Positions 36,360 through 47,019 of a stretch of 54,041 bases of DNA are shown piece after piece. The DNA comes from a virus. Taxonomy: Duplodnaviria; Caudoviricetes. Position numbers and translations under genes: made by a program. Each line of letters starts with the position of its first letter. Position 1 is the first letter of the stretch. The DNA is taken from IMG/VR virus record IMGVR_UViG_3300005914_000010, positions 1 to 54,041 of that record; one strand, 5' to 3'. The notes beneath the pieces are model-generated. The model did not search any database and was not told where the DNA came from. It was given only the letters and a program-made list of their open reading frames with translations.

Positions 36360-39300
36360 ATGTCGACAAACAAAGGAACACTAACTTTAGGTGGTGGAAG
36401 AAGTAGAAAACCTAGAGTTAAGAAAATGCCAGAGTGGTTAGATAACCCTACTAAAAAATATGGCTACAGTAGTACAGATTCTAATACGCCACAACAAGAT
36501 AGAAGTAGAAGCTTAAGTTCAGGCTCCGGCGTAAATTCAGGTTTCTTTGGAGAAGATGATAAAGAGCTATCCCAAATGGGATGGCACTCTGATTCAGTTA
36601 TCGAAACATTTAACTCAACTACACCAGAACAAATAGCCGCTAGTAGAATATCAGGTGGTGGGCCAAGTGCAATACAATCATTTATATCTAATGCTGCAGA
36701 AGCTAAGAAGCTATTGGCATCAGGTATAAGCCCAATTTCATTACAGCATAGTAATATACCCTCTGAGAAATTAGCTTACATGGCTAACTACGCAGGACTA
36801 GATATAGGGAAAGTATCAAGAGAGGTAGCTGCAGGAGCTAATAGAAGCTGGCCTAGTAGTGAAATGAATAATCCTGATAATGACAAAGATAGTGATACAC
36901 CAGAGCAAGACTTCAATAAGGCACTAACTCAAGCTCAGATTAACGGGACGGAGTATAGAGAGAAAGGCTTCAATAGATCTGTGAAAGGAGAAACCATAGG
37001 TGGTATAGATCAACCATCTATTAAGTCACCCACAGATTATATGTTATCGACCTTCGGAGCTATGACTATATCTAAGGATATAGGTAAGCAACAAGTAGGT
37101 GCTCCTGATTCCATATCAATGGGGCTACAGGAGAAATATGATAAAAAGGTTGCCAACTCAACTAGAGCGTTAGCGAACCTTGCTGACTTATATCTACCAA
37201 AAGGCTCAGGTAGGGGATTGCAAAATGAAGTCATTACCGCGTTAGGCCAAATACTACCTCAAAGTATATCGAACGTAGGCTTCAACATGGCTGGTAACCC
37301 TGACGCACAGATACCGTGGTCAAGCGCTTTACCCATGGCTAATCAATTAGCTGTGTCTAAATCAACTTTAAGCATAATGAATAACCCTACGGTTAACTAC
37401 GCTAACAGACCTGGAATAAATGCTAGCATAAAGAATGTGAAGCATCTATTCAATACTTCAAATGAAGGTGGTCTATCAAGAAAAAGAAGTACCGACTACT
37501 TTGCAGCGAAATATATGGCTGATGAATTAGCAGCAGGTGGTATGGATGTTAGACATACTGTTCTAAGTCAAAATTCGAGTAGAGACCATATGTATGAGTT
37601 CAGAGTAACAACTGACATACGTGAACAAATGAAACAAGGTATGGAGTTGTTAGGTATGAATTCAGAAGATATGAGAGACCCAAAGAAAGTAAAACTACTA
37701 AAAGAGACTATAGAGTCAGGATTAGATAGTGATAAAGCTATAGTTGCAAGTGCCAAGGCATCAACAAATGCTAGAACGAATGTAGCTCACACAATGGAAG
37801 AACAAATGGCCGCTAGTCAAATGGCGCATAGGTCTTTCGTTGCAGCGCGTGAACAAGAAAAGATAATGACCCAGAGTGCTCTCAACTCAGAGATGGTAGC
37901 CAAACCTGACAGTCAACAGTCAAACAGACTATTGACCCTATCTGAGAAACTAGATGCTGCTATAAATTCGCCAGTATCCAGAATAAATAGTATAAACTCG
38001 ATGTTTGGAAGAGACGTCGACGGCAAATATAGGACACCCTTAACACCTATTGAGAATAGTTCAATACAATCTCTGACTGGTAATATGCCTCCATCAGGCG
38101 GACCAAATCCGCATTCTAGACCTCCTAGAGTAGGAGGCGGTACTAAAAATACACCATCGATAGGGAGAGAGGGTACATCGTTATTATCACCAGCTGATGC
38201 ATTGGCAAAGTACCAAAAGAACAATCCCCATATGACAGGATTCGTTGGTGATGGTAAGAATGCTTACGGTGAAGTGGATGAAGGCCAACATGCACTATGG
38301 CAAGCCGCTAGGAAAGGAAAACTATCTTCTTCTATAGCTGCTGGCATGGCGGGTGAACTATCTGCAGATACAGATAAAGCGATTAGTAAGGTTATAAGGT
38401 CAGGCCTCGGTATAAAAGAGAAAGACTTCGATGGAAACTCTTTTACAGAATCAGGCAACAAATTAGAACCTTTGGCACTAGATTGGTATAGACGTACTCG
38501 TGACTCTTCGACCTTTGAAACTGGACATATGGAAAACAGAAACATGCCAGGGCAATCAACTACCCCTGATGCAATGGCAGATGGTGGACGACGAGCAGTA
38601 GAAGTTAAGTCTAGAGATAGTCTTATGGATCCCAACAATCTAAAAGATAGTGAACTAAAAGCTTTTAGAAAGTACAATATGCAGATGCAACATCAGATGT
38701 ATATTACAGACAATGCAAGTGCTGATCTAGTTCAAGTCAGAAGGGGGAGTGGCAATAAGAACCAACTCTTCAACATGACTGGTAACGACAAAGAAAACTT
38801 TCGTTCAGATACTGTAAGTCGTGACCAAGAACTAATTGGTAGAATGTCACCTGTATGGAACAGAGTTGGAGCTAACGCTGAGAAGATAGCGGGCCTTGGC
38901 AAGAAAGAACAGGACGCTTTAGCTAAAGCTGTTGAAACAGGTAACATAAAATCTTTCGAGAAATTGTCTGCTAAGCACGGTCTAGATGATGCAGTCGTTG
39001 GTGGCGCATTAACTAAAGCTGGTGGCGGTGGAGGTGGGAGTGGCGGTGACGGAAAAGACTTAATAGACACTATTGGTGCTCAACATGGGCCAACCTCTTT
39101 TACTGGCGTTGCTAAAACTGCATTATCCAGAACAAGAACCGGCCGTGGTCTCAATGTAGCTAGCATAATAGCTGGCATAGCATGGGACGGAGCCAAATCT
39201 CTAAACGACACTAACCTTAACACGGCTTTCCAAGCAAAATCCTCTGGAATGTCAGAAGATATGTGGATAGGCCAAAGAAAAAGATTGGCAGGGAGTGGTT

Positions 39301-39998
39301 ATCAGACTGGTGCTCAAGCAGCCCAAGATATAAAATCTCTTGGATTGGCCACAGGCGGAATGAGCTTAGGATTCACTGAAGGCGCTGAACGTATTGTAGG
39401 AGGTACAAGAGGTTTAATAAACTTCAACGATCTAGGTACATATGAAGGCGACGCAGCAGGATTGATGGCTAAATTTAAAGAGAAAGCGGCTATAAGATTC
39501 GGTACTGGGGAAGATGCTTTAAGAAAAACAGCTGCTATGGCTGAACAGTCTGGACTTAACGGACTAGTAGCAACAGAGCAAAATGATGATGACTTAAAGA
39601 ACATGAATGAAGCCTTCCTGAGAATGGATTCTAATCTAAAGAAACTGGCTAAGAGTGCTGGTGAAGGATTCGGGGATAGTATAGCTTCCATAGCAGATAG
39701 TGCTGCTTGGTTAGTAGGCTTGTTTGGTGGAGATGTAGGTGGAGATGGCCCAGAGACAGTTCTGAGCAATACTTCTAGTGGTAAATTATCAGCTAGGTTA
39801 AATGGGATAAGTGACGCGGATATAACTAAATACAAGAACATGAGTCAAGAAGCGTCAAAACTAACAGAACAAGAGAATAAAGCCAAAAACGCTGAAGTCA
39901 CTATCAAATTAACTAGTGAGGCTAAGAGATTATTCTTACTAGATAACGACGGTAGAGCCAACTCAACTGAGGCATACGGTAACAACAATGGGTGGTAG
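36360..39998 (+). CDS. tape-measure-position protein with internal YqaJ/lambda-exonuclease domain
   Basis: position after the chaperones; W..AR.GKL.SS, GNKLEP.A..WY, TPDA, VEVKS, YNMQMQHQM motifs at aa ~640-840. Confidence 0.8.
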   Translation: MSTNKGTLTLGGGRSRKPRVKKMPEWLDNPTKKYGYSSTDSNTPQQDRSRSLSSGSGVNSGFFGEDDKELSQMGWHSDSVIETFNSTTPEQIAASRISGGGPSAIQSFISNAAEAKKLLASGISPISLQHSNIPSEKLAYMANYAGLDIGKVSREVAAGANRSWPSSEMNNPDNDKDSDTPEQDFNKALTQAQINGTEYREKGFNRSVKGETIGGIDQPSIKSPTDYMLSTFGAMTISKDIGKQQVGAPDSISMGLQEKYDKKVANSTRALANLADLYLPKGSGRGLQNEVITALGQILPQSISNVGFNMAGNPDAQIPWSSALPMANQLAVSKSTLSIMNNPTVNYANRPGINASIKNVKHLFNTSNEGGLSRKRSTDYFAAKYMADELAAGGMDVRHTVLSQNSSRDHMYEFRVTTDIREQMKQGMELLGMNSEDMRDPKKVKLLKETIESGLDSDKAIVASAKASTNARTNVAHTMEEQMAASQMAHRSFVAAREQEKIMTQSALNSEMVAKPDSQQSNRLLTLSEKLDAAINSPVSRINSINSMFGRDVDGKYRTPLTPIENSSIQSLTGNMPPSGGPNPHSRPPRVGGGTKNTPSIGREGTSLLSPADALAKYQKNNPHMTGFVGDGKNAYGEVDEGQHALWQAARKGKLSSSIAAGMAGELSADTDKAISKVIRSGLGIKEKDFDGNSFTESGNKLEPLALDWYRRTRDSSTFETGHMENRNMPGQSTTPDAMADGGRRAVEVKSRDSLMDPNNLKDSELKAFRKYNMQMQHQMYITDNASADLVQVRRGSGNKNQLFNMTGNDKENFRSDTVSRDQELIGRMSPVWNRVGANAEKIAGLGKKEQDALAKAVETGNIKSFEKLSAKHGLDDAVVGGALTKAGGGGGGSGGDGKDLIDTIGAQHGPTSFTGVAKTALSRTRTGRGLNVASIIAGIAWDGAKSLNDTNLNTAFQAKSSGMSEDMWIGQRKRLAGSGYQTGAQAAQDIKSLGLATGGMSLGFTEGAERIVGGTRGLINFNDLGTYEGDAAGLMAKFKEKAAIRFGTGEDALRKTAAMAEQSGLNGLVATEQNDDDLKNMNEAFLRMDSNLKKLAKSAGEGFGDSIASIADSAAWLVGLFGGDVGGDGPETVLSNTSSGKLSARLNGISDADITKYKNMSQEASKLTEQENKAKNAEVTIKLTSEAKRLFLLDNDGRANSTEAYGNNNGW

Positions 39999-40001
39999 AG
40001 T

Positions 40002-41093
40002 ATGTATAAACGAAGAATAAAATTAGTTGCTACAGACTTCGTCACGAAGGAAGAATTATTCTCTACAGCAGAGCATAGAATTTCATTCTCAGTCGATGTC
40101 AATATCGCCCAAGGTATGTCTAATGCAACTGTCATAATATACAATCTATCTGATGATGAGACAAAAGATCTAACCAGAGCAGACTTAGAACCTATAGGTG
40201 ATAATGACGCAACAAATAATAGAACACTGAATAAAATACGTATTCAGTTATTTGCTGGTTACGAAGACGATATAGACGGTGAACTGAGTGGTGCCCAATT
40301 GATGATAGAGGGGTTTGTAATGAACTCCACTACTGTTAAAAAGCTACCTAGTAGACTAACCTATCTGTATATAATTGCTTATGGTAGTAACATACTTATA
40401 AACAAATACGAGTCCTTCACTGTGAAAGATAGTGACAAGTTCACACTGCAAGATGTAATAACCAAGATAGGTGTATCTGCAGGTTATGATAAGGAAGCAA
40501 TAGACTTTGACTCAGTGGACCCAGTATTCTTAGGCGAGAAAACCATAGAGCATCTCAGAGGCAAGACTTTTCAGAATGATGAGAGAGGAATGTTTAAAGT
40601 CTTAGATGAACTAGCTAATGAATTCCAATTCTCATGGAGCATAAGAGCTAAGGGTATAGGAATATACCCTATCTTGAAAGATACTAAAATTGATTCACAT
40701 GAATTCGGATACTTACAGAAGAACGGCACTGCCTTAGTAATTGACCCTATCAGAGTTAAAGGAACACCCATAGCAGGCATGGCTACATTGGAAATAGAAT
40801 ACGCGTTAGATGCAACACTATTCCCAGGAACAGTTATAGATGTAGGTGAGATTCAAGGTAACAGTTATAACGACTCCTTACCTTCTAAAGGATTAATAGA
40901 CTACACTGCTGTAGGTAAGCCTGTATTCTACTCTGATGACGTAGCGAGATACGCTGTATTCCAGAAGTATATGTTATGGAGAGTAATACATAAAGGTGAT
41001 ACGCATGGAGACCAATGGAGTTCAACATTGGTTTGTAAAGTACCATCAGCAGGATACACAGCAGATGGGGAACTTAATGTCAAGACTAAATGA
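40002..41093 (+). CDS. baseplate hub protein
   Basis: IYNLS, LFAGY, HKGDTHG.QW motifs. Confidence 0.75.
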   Translation: MYKRRIKLVATDFVTKEELFSTAEHRISFSVDVNIAQGMSNATVIIYNLSDDETKDLTRADLEPIGDNDATNNRTLNKIRIQLFAGYEDDIDGELSGAQLMIEGFVMNSTTVKKLPSRLTYLYIIAYGSNILINKYESFTVKDSDKFTLQDVITKIGVSAGYDKEAIDFDSVDPVFLGEKTIEHLRGKTFQNDERGMFKVLDELANEFQFSWSIRAKGIGIYPILKDTKIDSHEFGYLQKNGTALVIDPIRVKGTPIAGMATLEIEYALDATLFPGTVIDVGEIQGNSYNDSLPSKGLIDYTAVGKPVFYSDDVARYAVFQKYMLWRVIHKGDTHGDQWSSTLVCKVPSAGYTADGELNVKTK

Positions 41094-41784
41094 ATGTTTA
41101 ATAATATGGGAGACTGTATTAGGGAAAGGCGATTGGAATGCTTTAGCATTTGATGGTGTCAGAATGGAATCCCATACGGGGGAGAACATAGTAACCTCTT
41201 ACCCTGTATCTACTGGCTTCAATGTCAGTGATCATACTATAAGACAGAACTCTAAGATACAATTAGATGCTATAATATCAAGTGTCAGTATGCCATCAGC
41301 CACACTTAGGCAAGGTTACGATGCAGCCTTCACTACCCTATGTAACGCTGCAGCTGCTGTGACTGGTGGTACACCTACTGACTTAAGTGGTGCAAACCTA
41401 TTTGGTAGATTGAAATATGACAATGATAATATTAAATTATTAGAAAACAGTCCTATAGATGACTTCCTAAATGCTACTATAAATAACTTAACTGCGCAAG
41501 TATCACTAGAGAAAGTGCAAAGAGCCTTCAGCGAAGTAGTAGACCTCACTCGTAGCGGCACTATAGTTCATCTGTTGACGATGCGTGGAATGTACGTCAA
41601 CTGCGTGATACGTAATTACGGTGTATCAAACGATGTGAGCAATTCTTATAGTTTACCCATATCGTTAAGCATAGAACAGTTAGTTGTAGTAAGCAACCTT
41701 CAAAGAGGCAATGTACTTTCAGCTACCAGTGATAGCAACGGTGCTGGTGTATTAGATGATCTAGTTAAAGTGTGGGGTATATAA
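41077..41784 (+). CDS. baseplate/tail tube initiator (Dit-like) protein
   Basis: ESH....VTSYPV.TG..VSDH motif; GGGG SD before 41077. Confidence 0.75.
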   Translation: MSRLNECLIIWETVLGKGDWNALAFDGVRMESHTGENIVTSYPVSTGFNVSDHTIRQNSKIQLDAIISSVSMPSATLRQGYDAAFTTLCNAAAAVTGGTPTDLSGANLFGRLKYDNDNIKLLENSPIDDFLNATINNLTAQVSLEKVQRAFSEVVDLTRSGTIVHLLTMRGMYVNCVIRNYGVSNDVSNSYSLPISLSIEQLVVVSNLQRGNVLSATSDSNGAGVLDDLVKVWGI

Positions 41785-42137
41785 TGGCTTCAACAAAAGA
41801 AGAATTCTTAGCACTTGATCATAAGTTAGTTCCGTTCAGTGCAAGATTTAATACGCAATTTCTATACGAAAGTATAACTTATACCCTTGGTAAAATATAT
41901 TTCAATGAATCAATTGGCTGTCTAATGACTTCCTTGACATGGAGAATTGATACAACAAATTACTCTGTGTATGGGATAGCGATACAAACAGGAGTCAATA
42001 TAGTGAAACAACATGACACTAAATTACCCTCCTTAGTCGCAGTAAACTTAAACGATCGAGGTGCAAACGTAACCGAGATAACAGATTTGAGAATGTATAT
42101 CATTCTGGAATTTGATAGTAACTTCCTAGGAGCTTAA
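41784..42137 (+). CDS. baseplate-associated protein
   Basis: position; TAATG coupling. Confidence 0.6.
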   Translation: MASTKEEFLALDHKLVPFSARFNTQFLYESITYTLGKIYFNESIGCLMTSLTWRIDTTNYSVYGIAIQTGVNIVKQHDTKLPSLVAVNLNDRGANVTEITDLRMYIILEFDSNFLGA

Positions 42138-43121
42138 ATGAACGAGGCCATGACAAACATGATTGGAAAGATAGTTGAATTCTTTCCAGACACTCAAACT
42201 GCTACAATTCAACTTCTTATGAGTAAGATTATACCCACCGAGCAGTCGAATTTCAATTCAACAACTGTAGCAGAGCTTGTCGATGTGCCATGTCAGTTCT
42301 TAAAAGTTTCTAATTTCTCTATAACAGCTCCTGTGAAAGCGGGAGATATAGCTTTAGTAACCTTCACTAAGCATGGTATAACTCACTGGTTATATAAAGA
42401 TTTAGAAGTGTACCGTGTAGACCAAGGTAGACCTGAACCTGCTGCATTAAGAAGATACAGTATCCAAGACTCAATTGCGTACGTAGGATTGAGCAATATG
42501 GTCAACCCTATAGAGAACTTCAATTCAGATAACTTAGAAATAAGGAACGCGGATGGGTCGCAGAAGATGACACTGAAGCCAACAGGCGAAATAGATATAG
42601 AGACTATCAAATACGATAAGCCTAATCTACCTGATGCTGGTGCTGTGAAACAATCTGGCTCTATTATAAGTATCAGTAAGGAAGGGACTTATAGTTCCAG
42701 TGTAACGGAATATGATGGTGAAGCTATAAAAACTAGTGTCACAATTGAAAGCGACATTACAGGTAGTATGAAGATAAACTCTCTGTTAACTGAGACGAAC
42801 CAATCGGTAGAGATAGATACATCTAAAGCTATCACTATCATGACAGGGCAATCTACGTTGACATTAAACTTTGATGGCACCGTAAACATACTAGCAGAGA
42901 CCAAAGTGAATATAACATCACCAGATGTTGAATTGACAGGTAATCTTATAGTAGGCGGGACTGCCACAATAGAGGGGAACGTAAGGACAGAAGGCAGAGT
43001 GAGTGCTAAGGTAGATTTAAGTTCAGATACATCTGGAAGTTACAATGTCCATACACACAGACCTGGTACCCTTATAGATTCACACGCAGCACCTGTTACA
43101 GGATTAACTGGAATTATATAG
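42138..43121 (+). CDS. baseplate central spike (Gp138/gpV-like)
   Basis: LVDVP..F, PVKAGD, C-terminal HTH (HxH) metal-binding tip. Confidence 0.85.
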   Translation: MNEAMTNMIGKIVEFFPDTQTATIQLLMSKIIPTEQSNFNSTTVAELVDVPCQFLKVSNFSITAPVKAGDIALVTFTKHGITHWLYKDLEVYRVDQGRPEPAALRRYSIQDSIAYVGLSNMVNPIENFNSDNLEIRNADGSQKMTLKPTGEIDIETIKYDKPNLPDAGAVKQSGSIISISKEGTYSSSVTEYDGEAIKTSVTIESDITGSMKINSLLTETNQSVEIDTSKAITIMTGQSTLTLNFDGTVNILAETKVNITSPDVELTGNLIVGGTATIEGNVRTEGRVSAKVDLSSDTSGSYNVHTHRPGTLIDSHAAPVTGLTGII

Positions 43122-43475
43122 ATGTCAAACTTAAAATTAGATTCAGACCATGATATAATCATAGGCAGAGGTATTACTAGAATAGGTGGCATGAGTGATG
43201 AGTACATTATACAGCTAGTTAAATGCAGATTATTATTCACATTAGGTTCTTGGGAGCTAGATACGAACCTTGGAATACCTTGGTTGCAAGAACTATTAGT
43301 AAAGAATGTTGACAACTCCTTGTTTCACGGCATATTAAATGATGCTATATCAGAGACACCTGGAGTCCTGAAGGTCGATACCCTATCTCTACAGAGAGAC
43401 AATGTAACACGCAAGATGGAAGTGAGATTCAGAGCTACAACAATAAATAAAACAACAATAAGCGCGGAGGTATAA
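43122..43475 (+). CDS. baseplate wedge (gp25-like) protein
   Basis: GSWELDTNLGIPW and TPGV motifs. Confidence 0.8.
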   Translation: MSNLKLDSDHDIIIGRGITRIGGMSDEYIIQLVKCRLLFTLGSWELDTNLGIPWLQELLVKNVDNSLFHGILNDAISETPGVLKVDTLSLQRDNVTRKMEVRFRATTINKTTISAEV

Positions 43476-43476
43476 A

Positions 43477-44619
43477 ATGGCAGGAGTAACTATCAATGGT
43501 TTTGTCTCTAAAACAAGAGACGAACTAGTAAACGAACTAAATCTTAGCCTTAAGACTGCCTTCGGAGAACAATTTGATGTATCGCCAGAAGGACCAGACG
43601 GTCAGATAATTGGCATAATGGCAGACTTCATGGCTACACAATGGCAAATGGCAGAAGACGCTTTTAACAGTTACAACCCAGCTACAAGCTCAGGTGTATC
43701 ATTAGATAACGCGGTTAGACTAAACGATATAATTCGTATTGCAGATAAGCCTACCGAAGTGACAGTGCAGCTGTCAGCCTCAAATGGTGCCTTCGATGGT
43801 ACGGTTATAGCAGCAGGTTCTATAGTATCCACGGCAGACGGAATTGAATTCACAACTAATAATGCTGTTGTATTGCCAGGAGAGACAATTGCTACATCAA
43901 CTACATTAGGCGCAATCATAATAAACGCGAATGAAGTAACAGTTGTTGTAACTGAGATAACTGGTTGGGACGAATGCGATAATACCAATGCTGGTACTGT
44001 TGGCATAGTACTTGAAACAGATACAGAATTGAGATCAAGAAGGGAAAGATCGATAGTAAGAACAGGTAGAGATTCCCTCGAAGCTATTGAATCAGCTATA
44101 ATAGACTTGGGGGTGGAATCAGTTCTAATAGTAGACAATGATACTGCTGCCGAAGTAGATGGTGTACCTGCTAACTCTTTCTTAACTGTAGTAAACGGTG
44201 GTTTATTACAAGAGATCGGTCAAAGAATATTTGAGAATAAGCCTCTCGGTACTCTAGCATTTGGAGATAACATAGTAATAGTAATTGATTCTAGAGGTAC
44301 CCCTCATAATATAGGTGTGTCTAGGCCTACTGTCATAGAAATTGACATCGAACTGTCTATGGCAAAATCAGTAGGTGCAGTAAACGATGCTAACGATCTA
44401 GTCAAACAGGCTATGATAGACCACATCAATGGACTCAATATGGGTGACAACGTTGTCTGGTCAAAACTATTTGCTCCTGCTAACTCAATTGCAAATATGA
44501 TTGCTACAGATATACGTGTTGCTAAACTGGGAGATTCCCTTGATAGGGTTACTGTCCCTATGGCCAACATACAAAAACCCAACTTGCTACTTGTTAATAT
44601 TAATCTAATAGAGGTCTAA
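43477..44619 (+). CDS. baseplate J-like protein
   Basis: SPEGPDGQIIG, G.SLD, ETDTELR.R motifs. Confidence 0.88.
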   Translation: MAGVTINGFVSKTRDELVNELNLSLKTAFGEQFDVSPEGPDGQIIGIMADFMATQWQMAEDAFNSYNPATSSGVSLDNAVRLNDIIRIADKPTEVTVQLSASNGAFDGTVIAAGSIVSTADGIEFTTNNAVVLPGETIATSTTLGAIIINANEVTVVVTEITGWDECDNTNAGTVGIVLETDTELRSRRERSIVRTGRDSLEAIESAIIDLGVESVLIVDNDTAAEVDGVPANSFLTVVNGGLLQEIGQRIFENKPLGTLAFGDNIVIVIDSRGTPHNIGVSRPTVIEIDIELSMAKSVGAVNDANDLVKQAMIDHINGLNMGDNVVWSKLFAPANSIANMIATDIRVAKLGDSLDRVTVPMANIQKPNLLLVNINLIEV

Positions 44620-44620
44620 A

Positions 44621-45235
44621 ATGATAGAAAGACCACTAACTAAATTACTGAAAATATTAGTACCCCAGTATAACAACTCCGTTAACCTAATAGCCTATCT
44701 AACAATATTATCAGAAGTGCAAGAAGAGATTCATATTGCACTAGAAGACTCAAAGACTGAGAGGTATCTTGTTAACGCAGCAGGTGCCCAGTTAGATGTT
44801 ATAGGTATAATAGTAGGATTGGAACGAGGCGCAGCCAACACTCTAGTAAACAACTTCTTTGGATTTGAAGGTGTACTAGGTGGTGGTACCTTTGGAACTG
44901 AGGGCAACCCCAGCACAGGTGAACTGTTTAGATCAGAGATAACAGAACTGTATAGCAAAGTGACCTTAGACGACGATAGTTACAGAGGTCACCTTGAGGG
45001 TAAAATACTTATAAACTTCAAAGGTCTCACTATAGAAACTATTATAAGATTCATTGAGAACGTCTTCGGCATAACTGAAGTAGAAGTAACAGAGGGTATA
45101 AAGAAATTCAACTTGAACTTCCCCACCACCTTAAGCACAGCTACGAAAGTGTTACTGACAACACCAGGATTCATTCCGAAACCTCTGGGAACTATCATGA
45201 CATTCTCTGACGATAACGGACAATTTACAGGATAA
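44621..45235 (+). CDS. baseplate protein (DUF2612-like)
   Basis: QY.NS, A.GAQLD.IG.IVG..R, FFGF, LDDDSYR. Confidence 0.85.
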   Translation: MIERPLTKLLKILVPQYNNSVNLIAYLTILSEVQEEIHIALEDSKTERYLVNAAGAQLDVIGIIVGLERGAANTLVNNFFGFEGVLGGGTFGTEGNPSTGELFRSEITELYSKVTLDDDSYRGHLEGKILINFKGLTIETIIRFIENVFGITEVEVTEGIKKFNLNFPTTLSTATKVLLTTPGFIPKPLGTIMTFSDDNGQFTG

Positions 45236-45239
45236 GAAA

Positions 45240-45734
45240 ATGGCAATATTAAAATTCGCTAGCTGGGCAATTCAAAATATAGCAGATATAGGCAACGGAG
45301 ATCCCAACAAAACAGATCCAGGCGACCCTAAAATAGCTGCTGGTTTTGAAATTGAGAAACCAAAAGTACAAACAATGAACTGGATACTAGGGCAGTTAGG
45401 TCTCTATTCCAAAGCAAATAATCAACGAGCGATTCAAGCTTCAGGTTACGTTGCAAGTCCAGGTCAAGATATAGCTGTAGACAACTCTGCAGGTGCCGTG
45501 ACAGGATCGTTACCAACAGACCCATTAGACGGGCAATGGGTAATATTCGCTGCACTAGAAGGAAGCCCTTTCAGTGACAATGCTGTAACAGTAAGCGGTA
45601 ATGGTAATGACATAATGGAAGTAGGAGTAACAGATATAAACCTTGATATTGATTCAGGTGTATATAGGTTTACTTGGAATGATACAGATACATTATGGAA
45701 ACTGTCTTACACTGAAACAATAGGAGAAGTATAA
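45240..45734 (+). CDS. tail fibre proximal/adaptor protein
   Basis: WA..GF...P..QTMNW fibre N-terminal motif. Confidence 0.7.
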   Translation: MAILKFASWAIQNIADIGNGDPNKTDPGDPKIAAGFEIEKPKVQTMNWILGQLGLYSKANNQRAIQASGYVASPGQDIAVDNSAGAVTGSLPTDPLDGQWVIFAALEGSPFSDNAVTVSGNGNDIMEVGVTDINLDIDSGVYRFTWNDTDTLWKLSYTETIGEV

Positions 45735-47011
45735 TGGCGACAGAAAATGCAAGTAAGTATATTAAATTAAGGCCAAGACAGCCGACCATACCTACTAATG
45801 TAAGTCCTACCGATGGTCAATCTACATCAAGCACACCTACGCTGGTGTCATCGGCATTCGATACAAACGAAGTGGAAGGTGAACTCCACCTAAGCTCAGT
45901 ATGGCGCATTGCCACTGATATAGGTATGACAACTATAATCCACGATAGCGGAATTGTATTGGATTTAGAATCGTATATAGTACCTATACAATTAGATGGT
46001 AGCACCATATACTATTTCGATGTAAGTCATATAGGAGCAAGAGGCGGTAAATCAACAAAGTCTAGTGCAACTAGTTTTGAAACCGTAGGCGAAATATCTG
46101 CTTTATTTAATACTCAGGAGTACACTGGAAATTCTGCAGTGCAAGCAATAACCACTGGATTTGACATGACGGACGAAGGATTCATGTTCTTCTGGAGGAC
46201 TGCTATAGCGAGCTATGTAGACTTTGTATTTACACAATTTGGGTTGTATAGAGTCCAGAGGATGTTTGTAAATTCAGGTGGGCAAACATTGCAGCCTGAG
46301 GGTGTAACTGGTTATAATGCCACAGGATTCGATCTAGGGGGTGGTACAGAATTAAATTCATCTGGCAATACAATGTCACTAGTCGCAGGAAAAAGATCAA
46401 AACTATTCTGTGATGTACTGAAGTGGACAGGAGACGGGCAAACTTCAAGAGCTATACCTCATATATTAGAAACTGATGTAGGATTTATGGTTAACATTAT
46501 AAATAGTACGAACACTGGTCATAACGTAACTCCTACTTGGTTCGCTGGTATGCCGGCAGACGAAATATTAGGCAGAACAGGAATAGTGACAGATACAGGC
46601 ACTTGGGGTAATACTCTACCAACATCAACTGATATATACTGCGGCACTGGCGGTGTTTATGATACTAACAATAATGGAGTTGAATACACAGCATTAATAT
46701 TTTCAAATAATTCACCATTGCAGGTAGAAGTTGGCGAATATACGGGGACTGGATTAGCCTCAGAAAAGATACTAACCTCTGGCCCTCCAGGATTCTTATG
46801 GATATTTGGTGAATCAAGTCTATCCACTCTACACAGTAAGGAGGTAGGTATTACAAAAAGTAAATTAATGCTTAATAATAGTGCTAGCGGATTAGTGTCT
46901 ACACAATTAGAATCATTTGATAGCGACGGGTTCACATTAACCGACCACCCTAATGTTAATACGGATGGTGTATTGTATAGATACCTATCCATACCTGATC
47001 CAAATCTATAG
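45734..47011 (+). CDS. tail fibre / receptor-binding protein
   Basis: Ig/FN3-like N-terminus followed by YTGN/WTGDG/YTGTG repeats. Confidence 0.7.
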   Translation: MATENASKYIKLRPRQPTIPTNVSPTDGQSTSSTPTLVSSAFDTNEVEGELHLSSVWRIATDIGMTTIIHDSGIVLDLESYIVPIQLDGSTIYYFDVSHIGARGGKSTKSSATSFETVGEISALFNTQEYTGNSAVQAITTGFDMTDEGFMFFWRTAIASYVDFVFTQFGLYRVQRMFVNSGGQTLQPEGVTGYNATGFDLGGGTELNSSGNTMSLVAGKRSKLFCDVLKWTGDGQTSRAIPHILETDVGFMVNIINSTNTGHNVTPTWFAGMPADEILGRTGIVTDTGTWGNTLPTSTDIYCGTGGVYDTNNNGVEYTALIFSNNSPLQVEVGEYTGTGLASEKILTSGPPGFLWIFGESSLSTLHSKEVGITKSKLMLNNSASGLVSTQLESFDSDGFTLTDHPNVNTDGVLYRYLSIPDPNL

Positions 47012-47019
47012 GAACTACT

